DNA of 64,000 bases from Candidatus Eiseniibacteriota bacterium (GTDB taxonomy: Bacteria; Eisenbacteria; RBG-16-71-46; CAVPCR01), in NCBI GenBank assembly GCA_963823555.1, contig CAWGMA010000004.1, forward strand, positions 256,001 through 320,000. The letters run 5' to 3'. Numbering within the stretch: position 1 is the stretch's first letter; each line of letters opens with the position of its first letter. Position numbers and translations under genes: made by a program. This document shows positions 32,209-41,182 of the stretch, one piece after another. Under the pieces are notes generated by a model, which made no database searches, was not told the origin of the DNA, and saw only the letters and a list, made by a program, of their open reading frames with translations.

Positions 32209-33557
32209 GCTGCCTTCCGCTGCTCGATGGTGGCCGCGACGGCCTTGGTGATGGATGCAAACTCACGCTTGAATGCATCGCGGTTGCCGCTCGATATTCC
32301 TGCGACGTACAGCGCGTCGGCATCGATCACGACCCAGAGCTTGCGGTGCGTGAGGTAGAAGGAGAAGACGAGACCGAGCGTGGCCACGGCGAAGCCGGCC
32401 CAGATGGGCGGACTTCCGGGGCTCGTGCGGGCCTGGAGCCCGGTGGCGTAGGCCGGCGCGACGCCGGCGAGGCGGAGGTCGTCGAGCTTGGAGTCGGCGT
32501 GCCCGAAATCGGGATGATGGAGGAAGAGCCACTGCCCCGCGACCGCCTCGTCGCCATCGTAGAGCACGAGGCGCGCCGCCGGGTTCCGCATCTCGTTCGA
32601 GGCCGAGATCACGCCCTCGGCCGTCATACGGAAATGCGACACGAAGTCGTCGACGGCGATCTCCCGGCCATCGGAAAGCCGCGTGCGCGTCTTGAAGGGC
32701 ACGGTCACCCGCTCCCCGCTGTCACCGGCAATGAGCTCGAGGCTCTGGAGCCGCCCAGGGAGAGCCCGGTACGAGGACTGATAGAAGCTCACTCCGTCGA
32801 TGCGGAGTGGATGATTGACCGAGATGGTCTGCGTGAATTGACCGCGGTCGGGGTCCGTCACATCGACGGTGGAGTTGTACTGCATGATCTCGCCGCGCGT
32901 GTTCTCCGGCACGTGGAAGCTCGCGAGGCGGATTCTGAAGTCCTTGCCCATGCCGGACCACTCCTGTCCCGGCTCCAGCCACACCCACTCCGAGCGGCCG
33001 AAGATCCCGCTCGCGATCCCGCCGAAGATGAGGAGCAGGAGTCCGACATGGGTCAGGTAGGGGCCGGTACGGGAGAGGCCGCCGCGGGATGCGGCGAGCG
33101 CCACCAAGTCACCACCAGGCGCCCGCCGCACCGCGAAGCCGCGCCGGCGGAGCGCCCTGCTGACATCGTCAGCATCGACACTCGCGCCGTCCGCGAGGGC
33201 CAGCCGCGCATGCTGCTTGAGGCTCATGAGCTCTGCCGGTGACCGCCGGAAGTGAAGACCGAGGGCGGTCTTCACGGTCACCCGGAGCCGGCTCACGCTG
33301 CATGCCACCAGGCTGGCAGAGAGGAGACCGAGCAGCGCGTGGAACCAGAACGACCGGAACGGCTGGAAGACTCCCAGCACGGCCAGGGTCTCATAGGTGC
33401 GATCTCCATACTGGGACCGGTAGTGCTCCTCGGCGCCATAGAACCCGACAGGGAACTTCTCGCCGAGGACGATGCCACCGATCGAGGCGATCGCCAGCGC
33501 AATGAGCAGGATGATGACGAACCTGGTCGAGTTGAGAGTCTTCCACAGCGTTTTCAA
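32205..33557 (-). CDS. resB: System II cytochrome c biogenesis protein ResB/CcsB
   Basis: N-terminal TM helices, FRSFWF, GPYLTHVGLL, ISVNHPL, FYQSSY, SPG.P.IWAG; ATGA overlap with ccsA. Confidence 0.9.
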   Translation of the reverse strand: MKTLWKTLNSTRFVIILLIALAIASIGGIVLGEKFPVGFYGAEEHYRSQYGDRTYETLAVLGVFQPFRSFWFHALLGLLSASLVACSVSRLRVTVKTALGLHFRRSPAELMSLKQHARLALADGASVDADDVSRALRRRGFAVRRAPGGDLVALAASRGGLSRTGPYLTHVGLLLLIFGGIASGIFGRSEWVWLEPGQEWSGMGKDFRIRLASFHVPENTRGEIMQYNSTVDVTDPDRGQFTQTISVNHPLRIDGVSFYQSSYRALPGRLQSLELIAGDSGERVTVPFKTRTRLSDGREIAVDDFVSHFRMTAEGVISASNEMRNPAARLVLYDGDEAVAGQWLFLHHPDFGHADSKLDDLRLAGVAPAYATGLQARTSPGSPPIWAGFAVATLGLVFSFYLTHRKLWVVIDADALYVAGISSGNRDAFKREFASITKAVAATIEQRKAA

Positions 33558-33619
33558 GCTGCCTGTCGCTCCGATGCGCCGGGTCCTTTGCTGCCCGGAT
33601 CAGGGTTTCGGTTGCTTGC

Positions 33620-34213
33620 TTACTTCTTCTTGGTCGGATCCGGATGCGCGACCTTGGCCACGTACTCGTCGTACTTGAAGCCCTTGAAGGTCGGGCTCTT
33701 CTCGTTGTGGCACTTGGTGCAGGCCGCGGCATCAGGAGTCACCAGACCGACCGCCTTGGCATCCTGCGTACCGGCAGCGATCGCCTTCATCACGCTCATC
33801 GGCGAGTAGGCGCTTCCCGGTCCATGGCAGGACTCGCAGGACACGCCCTCCTCCACCTTGAGCTTGGCCGAGGCACCGGTCGCAGCCGCCGTGGCATGGC
33901 ATGACAGGCACTCGGGCGACTCGTGGGCCGGCTTGGCCAGCTTCTTGTCGGTGGCGATGGTCACGGCCTTCTCGCCCTTGAGCGTCTCGAACGCCTTGGC
34001 GTGTGGGCTCTTCTGCCACGACTGGAACTGGCCACCCTTGGCTTCGGTCTTGTGGCACATGGCGCACTTCTGGGTGCCGATGTACTCGAACTTGACTTCG
34101 GCCTTCTCGGCCTTCGCCGGTTCCTCGCCGACGGCGGGAACAGGCGTGAACCAGAACGCCGCCAGCACGATGTACATCACGACACCCAGACCCAACAGGT
34201 AAGATGCTCTCAC
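33620..34213 (-). CDS. Exported tetraheme cytochrome c (c554-like)
   Basis: Signal peptide; CAMCH, CLSCH, CESCH, CTKCH; YIG...W..SPHA, GVSCESCHGPGS. Confidence 0.88.
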   Translation of the reverse strand: MRASYLLGLGVVMYIVLAAFWFTPVPAVGEEPAKAEKAEVKFEYIGTQKCAMCHKTEAKGGQFQSWQKSPHAKAFETLKGEKAVTIATDKKLAKPAHESPECLSCHATAAATGASAKLKVEEGVSCESCHGPGSAYSPMSVMKAIAAGTQDAKAVGLVTPDAAACTKCHNEKSPTFKGFKYDEYVAKVAHPDPTKKK

Positions 34214-34281
34214 CTTCAGTTACCTCCTCCTTAGCTCGGGGCCTTGCGGAACCCTCCGGCCCGGGTCTCAAGCCTGGCTGT

Positions 34282-34677
34282 TCAGCGCGCGGCCAGGCTG
34301 TCCTCCACCACCCAGCGCTCGACCAGCGCCACCTCATCCGGACTGGAGTAAAACGAGTTCATGCTACCACCCGGCCTCGACACGACAAGCAGAAGGCAAT
34401 CCGGGTCACCGGCGATGGCGTTCGGTGTGCCATCCAACCCATTCCCCATGATCTCCTCCAGCGTTGTCATGCCGTACTGAGCCGCCGGGTTGGCTCCACT
34501 GTGACACGAGACGCATCTCGCGTCGAAGATGGGCTTTATGTCGGCCTCGTAGGTCACCCGCTCGGGCGGGGCAGGCGTGGCCGGCAACTCCCGCCGCTCG
34601 GCGCACCCCTCGGTCAGGGCCGCCGCGGCCAGGAGGATCAAGAGGCTTATACCCCGGAACGCTCGGCACCGCTCCAT
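34282..34677 (-). CDS. Monoheme cytochrome c lipoprotein
   Basis: Lipobox-like LTEGC, VTYEADIKPIF..RCVSCH, distal GSM, ERWV. GGGAGG RBS; start MERC (34677). Confidence 0.78.
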   Translation of the reverse strand: MERCRAFRGISLLILLAAAALTEGCAERRELPATPAPPERVTYEADIKPIFDARCVSCHSGANPAAQYGMTTLEEIMGNGLDGTPNAIAGDPDCLLLVVSRPGGSMNSFYSSPDEVALVERWVVEDSLAAR

Positions 34678-34679
34678 GG

Positions 34680-35903
34680 CTAGTCCCCTCCCTTGGGGCC
34701 GTGGCAGTAGCTGCAGAAGCCTGGTGATGAATACGCCGACGGTGTGTGGCAGGCGTAGCATGTGGCCTGACGATCGTTGTGCCATGGCCCGTGGACGCTC
34801 CGCATGTATCCAGGCTCGTGAGTCCGCGGATCGTTGCCGCGCCCCAGCTGGCGGTCCATGTGACAGGCGAGGCAGACCGGATCTTCGCCCTGCACATCAT
34901 GACAGGCCGCGCAGTTCTCGATGTCGCGCCGGGCCAGCTGCCCGTGTCGTCCACCGCCGGTGCCCACGCCGCCGGAGACCGCACCCCAGTCCGCTCCGCC
35001 GTGCCACTCGGGCTTCTGACCGCCCAGGATCTTCTCCGTGCGATGGCATTCGGCGCAGAACGTGGCTGGTTCGTGGCAGCTCTGGCAGTCCTTCTCCTTG
35101 CCGCGGGCATCGAGGCCGTGCTGGTACACGTAGTCGAGGTCGTGCACCCGCTCGAGCACCATCGGCTGGCCTTGCTTGGCCGCGTTCGGGGCATAGGGCG
35201 CGTAGTGATCCGCGGGCTTCCCCCCGGCGCGGGCCAGCACGGCTCCCTCGTGACATTCCTGGCAATCGGTCACGCCGGCTGCGCGTGCTCCGTGACACAT
35301 GGTGCAGTTCGCGGCACCGGCGCTGGCGAAATCCTTGTGGCGGTGGAGCCAGTCCTGCGTGTGCGATTCCGGCCGCAGATCAGCCGAGGCCGCATGGCAG
35401 ATCTCGCAGTTTCCCGCCGCCTGGTTCCCGTCGTGACACTCGGCGCAAGTGGCCATCGTCGGCAGCTGCGCCGCACCGGCGTAGTCGACCTCGGCCATGC
35501 CGGCGTGGCAGCGGTCACAGGTCAGCCCCTTTCCGATGTGCAGCTCATGGCTGAAGAAGATCGAGCGCTCGGCGGGCGCGAAGGCCGTGTAGTCGGGCCC
35601 GCTCTCCTTGTGGCAGAACGAGCACTCGGTCGAGCTCTCATCGTGACAGGCGTAGCAGGTCTGCATGTTGCCGAGGTGGTTGTCGGATGCCTTCTGGCTC
35701 GACTCGATTCCACCGTGGCAGCTCGAGCAATCGGCGCCGACATCGACGAGGTGCTTCTGGTGCGAGAAGTGGATGAGCGCGCTCTCATCCTGGGAACTGG
35801 TCCAGCTCCCAGCGCCGACCATGCCGGCGAGAACGAGCAACACGATCACCACGAGGCCGATCACGGCGTGGCGCCGCATCTGGATCCGGTGGTCATGTTC
35901 CAT
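34680..35903 (-). CDS. 14-heme periplasmic cytochrome c (c3/c7-type repeats)
   Basis: Counted 14 CxxCH: CSSCH, CYACH, CSFCH, CDRCH, CAECH, CEICH, CTMCH, CQECH, CQSCH, CAECH, CAACH, CLACH, CYACH, CSYCH; FSH..H c7 motifs; N-terminal signal/anchor. Confidence 0.92.
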   Translation of the reverse strand: MEHDHRIQMRRHAVIGLVVIVLLVLAGMVGAGSWTSSQDESALIHFSHQKHLVDVGADCSSCHGGIESSQKASDNHLGNMQTCYACHDESSTECSFCHKESGPDYTAFAPAERSIFFSHELHIGKGLTCDRCHAGMAEVDYAGAAQLPTMATCAECHDGNQAAGNCEICHAASADLRPESHTQDWLHRHKDFASAGAANCTMCHGARAAGVTDCQECHEGAVLARAGGKPADHYAPYAPNAAKQGQPMVLERVHDLDYVYQHGLDARGKEKDCQSCHEPATFCAECHRTEKILGGQKPEWHGGADWGAVSGGVGTGGGRHGQLARRDIENCAACHDVQGEDPVCLACHMDRQLGRGNDPRTHEPGYMRSVHGPWHNDRQATCYACHTPSAYSSPGFCSYCHGPKGGD

Positions 35904-37240
35904 CAGAACACCCCCGTGACGTTACGCCCGGCGAAGAACCAGTACGTGATGCGGGCATGACCGCGCCAGTCGTGCGTGTATCCGGTGAAGTCGGGCAGGG
36001 TGTGCAGGTCCTGGCTCAGGTTCTGGATTTCGACATCGAAGGATAGCGTTCGCATCGGGCGCAGCTCGCCGCCGAAGCTCAAGACGATCGATTCGTCCCG
36101 ATCGTCCTGGCCCTCGAACACCTCGAAGCTCGTGTAGCCGGCTTCGACCCGGGCCGAGCCCATCTCGGAGAACTGATGCCGGTAGGCGCCGGTCACCGCA
36201 TCCGACGCTCCCGTGTAGCCCATCCGGTGCGCGTAGTTCACGCTCCATGGACCACGCCCCGCACCTACTCCAAAGTACTGCCCGGAATCATCATCGAGGA
36301 ACGTGGATGAGAAATGGCCGAAGGCGCGCACCTCGGGAGTCACCACGTAGCTCGCCCGCACGCCGAACTCGTCGAAATCAGACTGAGTGAAGACGCTGAA
36401 GAGCGAGTTGGCGTAGATCGAGGGCGCGCGATGGAAGTACTCGAAATCGGCGGTCCATTTCTCTCCCGGGAGTGCCACGTTGAGCGCCCCGCTGGCGACC
36501 TTGAGACGCCACTCGGGAAGACGATCCACCTCCACCCGGCCGTACACCGTCGATCCCTGACGCCAGCCCCACGCCACGTCCGCTCCGTAAAGCTCTTCCT
36601 GGCCGTCGGGAAGAACGAGGAGTTCGTTGGTGTACTCCCCCGGCTCCTCGTACTCGAACGACTCGCGGTTGCGCCGGGCGAAGCTCACGGCGGTGGTCAG
36701 GTTCTGGGGCTGGTGAAAGGTGAGGCGGCCGCCGTAGGCTCGATTCTCCCAGCCCTGGACCTTGAAGTCTCCGGTCAGTGGAGCCTGGGCGCCGGCGAAG
36801 AGCTCGAGGGTGGCCAGGTTGCGGAAGCGGTAGCTCCCGAAGCCGCCGTCGATGAGCGTGTTGCCGACGCCGGCGAACACCCGCATGCGGCCCCCGCGGA
36901 GCTCGTAGGCGTGCCGCCGATCCTTCCACTGCGCGTAGAGATTCGTGACCCGGTAGTCCGAGGCGTCATGGTTCACGGTAGCCACGTCCTGGTGGCCACT
37001 CATGTAGGTATGGAGAGAGAAACGCGGGTCGCCAAGGCCCTCGAGATGGAAGATCCCCAGGGCCTGGGCCCGCATGTAGTCGAAGCTCGTCGAATCGGTT
37101 GGCGCACGGTCATAGCGGTAGAACGAGGTCGTGATGCGCCCGTGAAAGGTCTGCCCGCTGGCCGCCGGCGCGAGGAAGGCAACGATCGCGATCGATGCTG
37201 CCAGGCCGGTGCAGAGGGGGATGCGCGCAGAAGGGTTCAT
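35903..37240 (-). CDS. Outer-membrane beta-barrel protein, putative porin of a porin-cytochrome conduit
   Basis: GGAGGAGG RBS, cleavable signal peptide, aromatic-rich alternating beta-strand pattern throughout, C-terminal Phe, TGATG coupling to the 14-heme gene. Confidence 0.75.
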   Translation of the reverse strand: MNPSARIPLCTGLAASIAIVAFLAPAASGQTFHGRITTSFYRYDRAPTDSTSFDYMRAQALGIFHLEGLGDPRFSLHTYMSGHQDVATVNHDASDYRVTNLYAQWKDRRHAYELRGGRMRVFAGVGNTLIDGGFGSYRFRNLATLELFAGAQAPLTGDFKVQGWENRAYGGRLTFHQPQNLTTAVSFARRNRESFEYEEPGEYTNELLVLPDGQEELYGADVAWGWRQGSTVYGRVEVDRLPEWRLKVASGALNVALPGEKWTADFEYFHRAPSIYANSLFSVFTQSDFDEFGVRASYVVTPEVRAFGHFSSTFLDDDSGQYFGVGAGRGPWSVNYAHRMGYTGASDAVTGAYRHQFSEMGSARVEAGYTSFEVFEGQDDRDESIVLSFGGELRPMRTLSFDVEIQNLSQDLHTLPDFTGYTHDWRGHARITYWFFAGRNVTGVF

Positions 37241-37442
37241 GACCTCCTCCATGGCCCGGGCGCATTCCGGCCCAAAGATGGCTTCCCAGCTTGGGTGAGA
37301 TTGCCCGGGACGAGACTCCTCAGCGCTGACGCAAGAAGGATGCAGCCCGAGCCTGTGGACCTTCGATACGTATATTACTTGATCATTTAAAGAGTTAGCT
37401 ATTTGAGTGGAGACCCGGTGATGATTGGGTTATCTGCAAGCC

Positions 37443-37548
37443 CGACATTTTGTCGACGCACGTGCCCGCCAGCCGTGACATATTGCCCGGAATGATGGGT
37501 CTGAGGCCGCCGTGACTTCCAAGCAGGGCAGGCTTGACAAATTGTCGG
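37443..37548. promoter_or_regulatory. Three GACA-N3-TGTC palindromic boxes, candidate activator (bEBP) binding sites
   Basis: CGACATTTTGTCG (37443-55), GACATATTGCC (37477-87, one mismatch), GACAAATTGTCGG (37536-48), midway between the divergent operons. Confidence 0.55.
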
Positions 37549-37647
37549 TTGGCTCCGAGACGTCCTGCGGTCTTGTCCGGCGGTTCCCCATCATGAAACG
37601 GAGCTGGACCGCCCTCCGGGCAACGGTGGATAACTTAACATTATATT

Positions 37648-37660
37648 TATCAATCGGTTA
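37648..37660 (+). promoter_or_regulatory. IHF binding site
   Basis: TATCAATCGGTTA matches WATCAANNNNTTR exactly, preceded by an AT-rich tract in otherwise GC-rich DNA. Confidence 0.6.
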
Positions 37661-37697
37661 GATCATTGATCAGGAACCTCTTCGCGGGACAGGTGGG

Positions 37698-37713
37698 CGG
37701 CACGCAGGGTGCA
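37698..37713 (+). promoter_or_regulatory. Sigma-54 (-24/-12) promoter for the right-hand cytochrome operon
   Basis: CGGCACGCAGGGTGCA = GG-N10-GC with GGCACG core, about 40 bp downstream of the IHF site and about 110 bp upstream of the ATG. Confidence 0.62.
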
Positions 37714-37820
37714 ATTGACCAGGAGGCTAGCCCCGGATGGGGCGGCGCATGTCTCGGACTCGACCGATCCGCTGGCCACCTGGTCAAGCGGGAAGCTGCT
37801 AACGGAGGGAGGTCGCGATA

Positions 37821-39503
37821 ATGACGCGAAAGTTCCGTCCATTCGCCCATCTTCTCCTGGCGGTCCTGGCGGCCACGACAGTGGCCATGTTCAGCGGCTG
37901 CGAGGATGACGATGACAATGTCGTGGTTCCGGAACCTGCGATCTCGGTCACGGTTTCCGCCTCATCCGACACGCTCAGAGGCGGAGGGACAGTGACCCTT
38001 ATCGCATCGGCCACGACCTCGGACGCGGCGGGGGACCTCACGTACAGCTGGTCGTCTACCGCAGGCTCGTTCTCCAGCACCTCAGAAGACACCACCACGT
38101 GGACCGGGCCCGAGACGGCCGGGATGTATGACATCTCCTGCATCGTGACCGATGGGAAGAACGCCGGGATCGGTACCAAGACTCTCGGCGTGGATACCTA
38201 CATGCCAGCGGATAGTCCCTTCTATCGCGGTGCGACCTACTGCCAGGGCTGCCATGACGGCGGTTCGGGCGGTGATCAGTACGCGACGTGGGAAATGACC
38301 GGGCATGCCAACGCCTGGGAGACCCTGAACGCGATCGGCCAGGGCCGGAACAATGTCTGCCTGCCGTGCCACACCGTGGGGTCGGTGGGGACCAACGCCG
38401 ATCCGGACCTCAACAACGGCGGTTATGACGAGACCGCGGTGGCGAGGCTCCAGGGTGTGCAGTGCGAGAACTGCCACGGCCCCGGCAGCGCCCATCCGGG
38501 CGACTTCGCCTCGGTGGACGTGGCGCTGGAAGCCGACCTGTGCGGTGCCTGCCACAATGGAGCTCATCACCCGACGTTCGACGAGTGGTCGGGGTCGCCG
38601 CATGCCAGCGTCATCGAGTCGGCGGCGCTCCGTGGCTCTTGTTCCAAGTGCCACAACGGGCTCGTCGCGGTCAACTACCTCGATGCTCCGCAGGGATTCC
38701 CGAATCCTCCGGATCCCACCGAGACGTTGCCCTTCACCTGCGCGGTTTGCCACGACCCGCACGGCAACGAGAACAATGCCTATCTGCGGAACGCTGCGGC
38801 CACCGATGTCGTCCTTCCCGACGGCACCGTGGTGCCCGAGGCGGGCGCGGGCCGGCTCTGCATGTCGTGCCACAACGGGCGGCGGACGCCGGAGAACATC
38901 GAGGACCAGATTGCGAACGGTAGCTCGCACTTCGGGCCTCACCACTCCGTGCAGGGCGACATGCTCGCCGGCACCGGCGCCTACGAGGATGTCCAGCCCG
39001 GATTCCCGTGGACCTCGAGCCGGCACCTGGCGGTGCGCGACGGCTGCGTCCATTGCCACACGCACGGGCACGAGGGTGAAGAGGTCTACACCGGACACGG
39101 CTTCCTGCCGACGGTCGAGGCCTGCGCAGAGTGCCATGGTCCGATCACGGACTTCACCGAGATCATTGCCAAGCAGGACTACGACGGCAACGGCCAGATC
39201 GAAGGCGTGCAGCTGGAGATCACCGGGCTCCTCGGGATCCTCAAGCAGGCGATCGTGGATGCCAGCTTGACGCCTGGCGCTGCCGATTCCCTCGCCAACG
39301 CGGAGGATTTCTCGGCGGCCGTCGGGGACACGCTGATCACGACGGTCGAGCAGCGGGAGGCCGGTTACAACTACTTCTTCGTCGACTTCGACGGATCGCA
39401 TGGCGTGCACAACACGACCTACGCGATCCAGCTCCTGCAGCAGAGCACGCTCGCGATCGCACCCGGGAAGTTGCCACCGGGGGCGTACATCCTGCGTGAC
39501 TGA
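37821..39503 (+). CDS. 9-heme cytochrome c lipoprotein with N-terminal Ig-like domain (candidate cell-surface terminal reductase)
   Basis: GGAGG RBS; lipobox FSGC followed by EDDDDN; CQGCH, CLPCH, CENCH, CGACH, CSKCH, CAVCH, CMSCH, CVHCH, CAECH; C-terminal helical region with DGSHGVHN. Confidence 0.88.
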   Translation: MTRKFRPFAHLLLAVLAATTVAMFSGCEDDDDNVVVPEPAISVTVSASSDTLRGGGTVTLIASATTSDAAGDLTYSWSSTAGSFSSTSEDTTTWTGPETAGMYDISCIVTDGKNAGIGTKTLGVDTYMPADSPFYRGATYCQGCHDGGSGGDQYATWEMTGHANAWETLNAIGQGRNNVCLPCHTVGSVGTNADPDLNNGGYDETAVARLQGVQCENCHGPGSAHPGDFASVDVALEADLCGACHNGAHHPTFDEWSGSPHASVIESAALRGSCSKCHNGLVAVNYLDAPQGFPNPPDPTETLPFTCAVCHDPHGNENNAYLRNAAATDVVLPDGTVVPEAGAGRLCMSCHNGRRTPENIEDQIANGSSHFGPHHSVQGDMLAGTGAYEDVQPGFPWTSSRHLAVRDGCVHCHTHGHEGEEVYTGHGFLPTVEACAECHGPITDFTEIIAKQDYDGNGQIEGVQLEITGLLGILKQAIVDASLTPGAADSLANAEDFSAAVGDTLITTVEQREAGYNYFFVDFDGSHGVHNTTYAIQLLQQSTLAIAPGKLPPGAYILRD

Positions 39504-39529
39504 TGCCTGACGGGACGGCGCGCGGTTTG

Positions 39530-39645
39530 GGCGCGGTCGCTCCTTCGAGCGACCGCGCCTCGCCCCCCGGCGCCGACGACACTCCGGGGCCCTATCCGCG
39601 TCGGAGCTCGAGCCCAGTCTCACCGCGGAGCTGGGCTCGGGCTCC
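39530..39645 (+). other. Two strong intergenic hairpins after the 9-heme gene (mRNA stabiliser/attenuator candidates)
   Basis: GGCGCGGTCGCTC-cttc-GAGCGACCGCGCC (39530-59) and GGAGCTCGAGCCCAG...CTGGGCTCGGGCTCC (39603-45). Confidence 0.5.
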
Positions 39646-39716
39646 CGCTGTTAATGGGGCTCCTTCGCAGAGATTAGAACGCGCAGAGAGATGAGAAAGA
39701 GGAGAGAGGAGAGACG

Positions 39717-41159
39717 ATGAGCGTGTTCCGGCCGTTCAAGTCCCTGCTGGGTGGGTTCCGGGATCTGATGAGCCATGCCTCACGCCACCCGATCGGGCTC
39801 ATGGGCGCCAATCTCATCTTCTTCTCGGTTCTCCTCTTCATCTTCTTCCTGGCGGTCGAGCTCATTGGTATCGAGACCAATCCCTACATCGGAATCCTCG
39901 CCTATCTCGTGCTGCCCGGCCTGTTCGTCGCCGGCATCATCCTGGTGTTCGTTGGCCGCGGGCTGTACAGGCGGCAGAAGGTGGCCGCTGGACGACCTGC
40001 CTTCACCATCATTGACCTGAACCGCCCCGATCATCGGCAGCGGCTCAACGCGGTGCTCATCGTCAGTGTGCTCTGTCTCCTGGTTCTCGGGGTCGCTGGC
40101 TTCCAGGCCGTGCACTACATGGATTCGAGCGAATTCTGTGGGCTCGTGTGCCACAAGGTCATGATCCCCGAGTTCACCGCCTACGAGGCTTCGCCACACG
40201 CCCGCGTCGAGTGCGTCGATTGCCATATCGGTCCAGGCGCCGGCTGGTTCGTCAAGTCGAAGCTCTCGGGACTGCGCCAGGTGGCGGCTGTCACGTTCAA
40301 TACGTACCACCGGCCGCTGCCGAACCCCGTGCACAATCTGCGCCCGGCGCGCGAGACCTGCGAGCAGTGCCACTGGCCGGCCAAGTTCCACGGCGACCGG
40401 GTCAAGGTGAAGAAGAGCTACGCGCCGGATCATGACAACACGGAGCTGACCACGGTTCTGCTGCTGAAAGTGGGGGGTGGCAGCCTCGAATCGGGTTTCG
40501 CCGAGGGTATTCACTGGCACATGAACCTGGCGAACCGCATCGAGTACATTGCCGATTCGACGCGCACGGATATCTACTGGGTGGGGGTGACGAATCAGGG
40601 CGGTGATGTGACCGAGTACACCAAGGACGGGATCGATTTCGATCCCAAGACTCGCCCCGAGCTCGAACGGCGAGTGCTCGACTGCATGGACTGCCATAAC
40701 CGCCCCACGCATGCCTTTGAACAGCCCAACAAGGCCGTCGATCATGCCATCTGGTCCGGGGCCATCCCGCGCGATCTACCTTACATCCGCCGGGAGTCAG
40801 AACGCGTACTGACCACGGAGTACCCGGACCGGAAGACTGGTTTCGCGACGATTGCCGCGGAGATCGAGGCCTTCTACCGCGATTCGGAGCCCGGACAAGA
40901 TCCGGAAAAGGTCGCTCGAGCGGTGGAGAATCTGCAGGCCATCTACGGCCGCAACATCTTTCCGGAGATGAAGGTGACCTGGGGGACCTACCCCAACCAC
41001 ATCGGTCACGAGACGTCTCCGGGCTGCTTCCGCTGTCACGATGAACAGCACACCAGTTCCGACGGGCAGACGATCAGTCAGGAATGCTCCAACTGCCACC
41101 ATCTGCTGGCCATCGAGGAATCGAACCCCGAGATCCTGGATCGCCTGTACGCCGAGTGA
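39717..41159 (+). CDS. Inner-membrane NapC/NirT-family multiheme quinol dehydrogenase, ImcH-like
   Basis: Three N-terminal TM helices with NPYIGIL; CGLVCH (CX3CH), CVDCH, CEQCH, CMDCH, CFRCH, CSNCH; LRPARETCEQCHWP.KF.GD, GIHWH, NIFPEMKVTWGTYPNHIGH. Confidence 0.87.
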   Translation: MSVFRPFKSLLGGFRDLMSHASRHPIGLMGANLIFFSVLLFIFFLAVELIGIETNPYIGILAYLVLPGLFVAGIILVFVGRGLYRRQKVAAGRPAFTIIDLNRPDHRQRLNAVLIVSVLCLLVLGVAGFQAVHYMDSSEFCGLVCHKVMIPEFTAYEASPHARVECVDCHIGPGAGWFVKSKLSGLRQVAAVTFNTYHRPLPNPVHNLRPARETCEQCHWPAKFHGDRVKVKKSYAPDHDNTELTTVLLLKVGGGSLESGFAEGIHWHMNLANRIEYIADSTRTDIYWVGVTNQGGDVTEYTKDGIDFDPKTRPELERRVLDCMDCHNRPTHAFEQPNKAVDHAIWSGAIPRDLPYIRRESERVLTTEYPDRKTGFATIAAEIEAFYRDSEPGQDPEKVARAVENLQAIYGRNIFPEMKVTWGTYPNHIGHETSPGCFRCHDEQHTSSDGQTISQECSNCHHLLAIEESNPEILDRLYAE

Positions 41160-41182
41160 TGCGCTTGAGCGAGGAGAGGGCC

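Noticed and set aside
37370..37675. FNR box or replication origin in the AT-rich tracts
   Set aside because: Only half-sites of TTGAT-N4-ATCAA and no DnaA boxes seen; the IHF/sigma-54 reading fits better.
37821..39503. Calling the 9-heme lipoprotein NrfA/octaheme nitrite reductase
   Set aside because: No CxxCK catalytic heme motif; heme count and Ig stalk do not fit.
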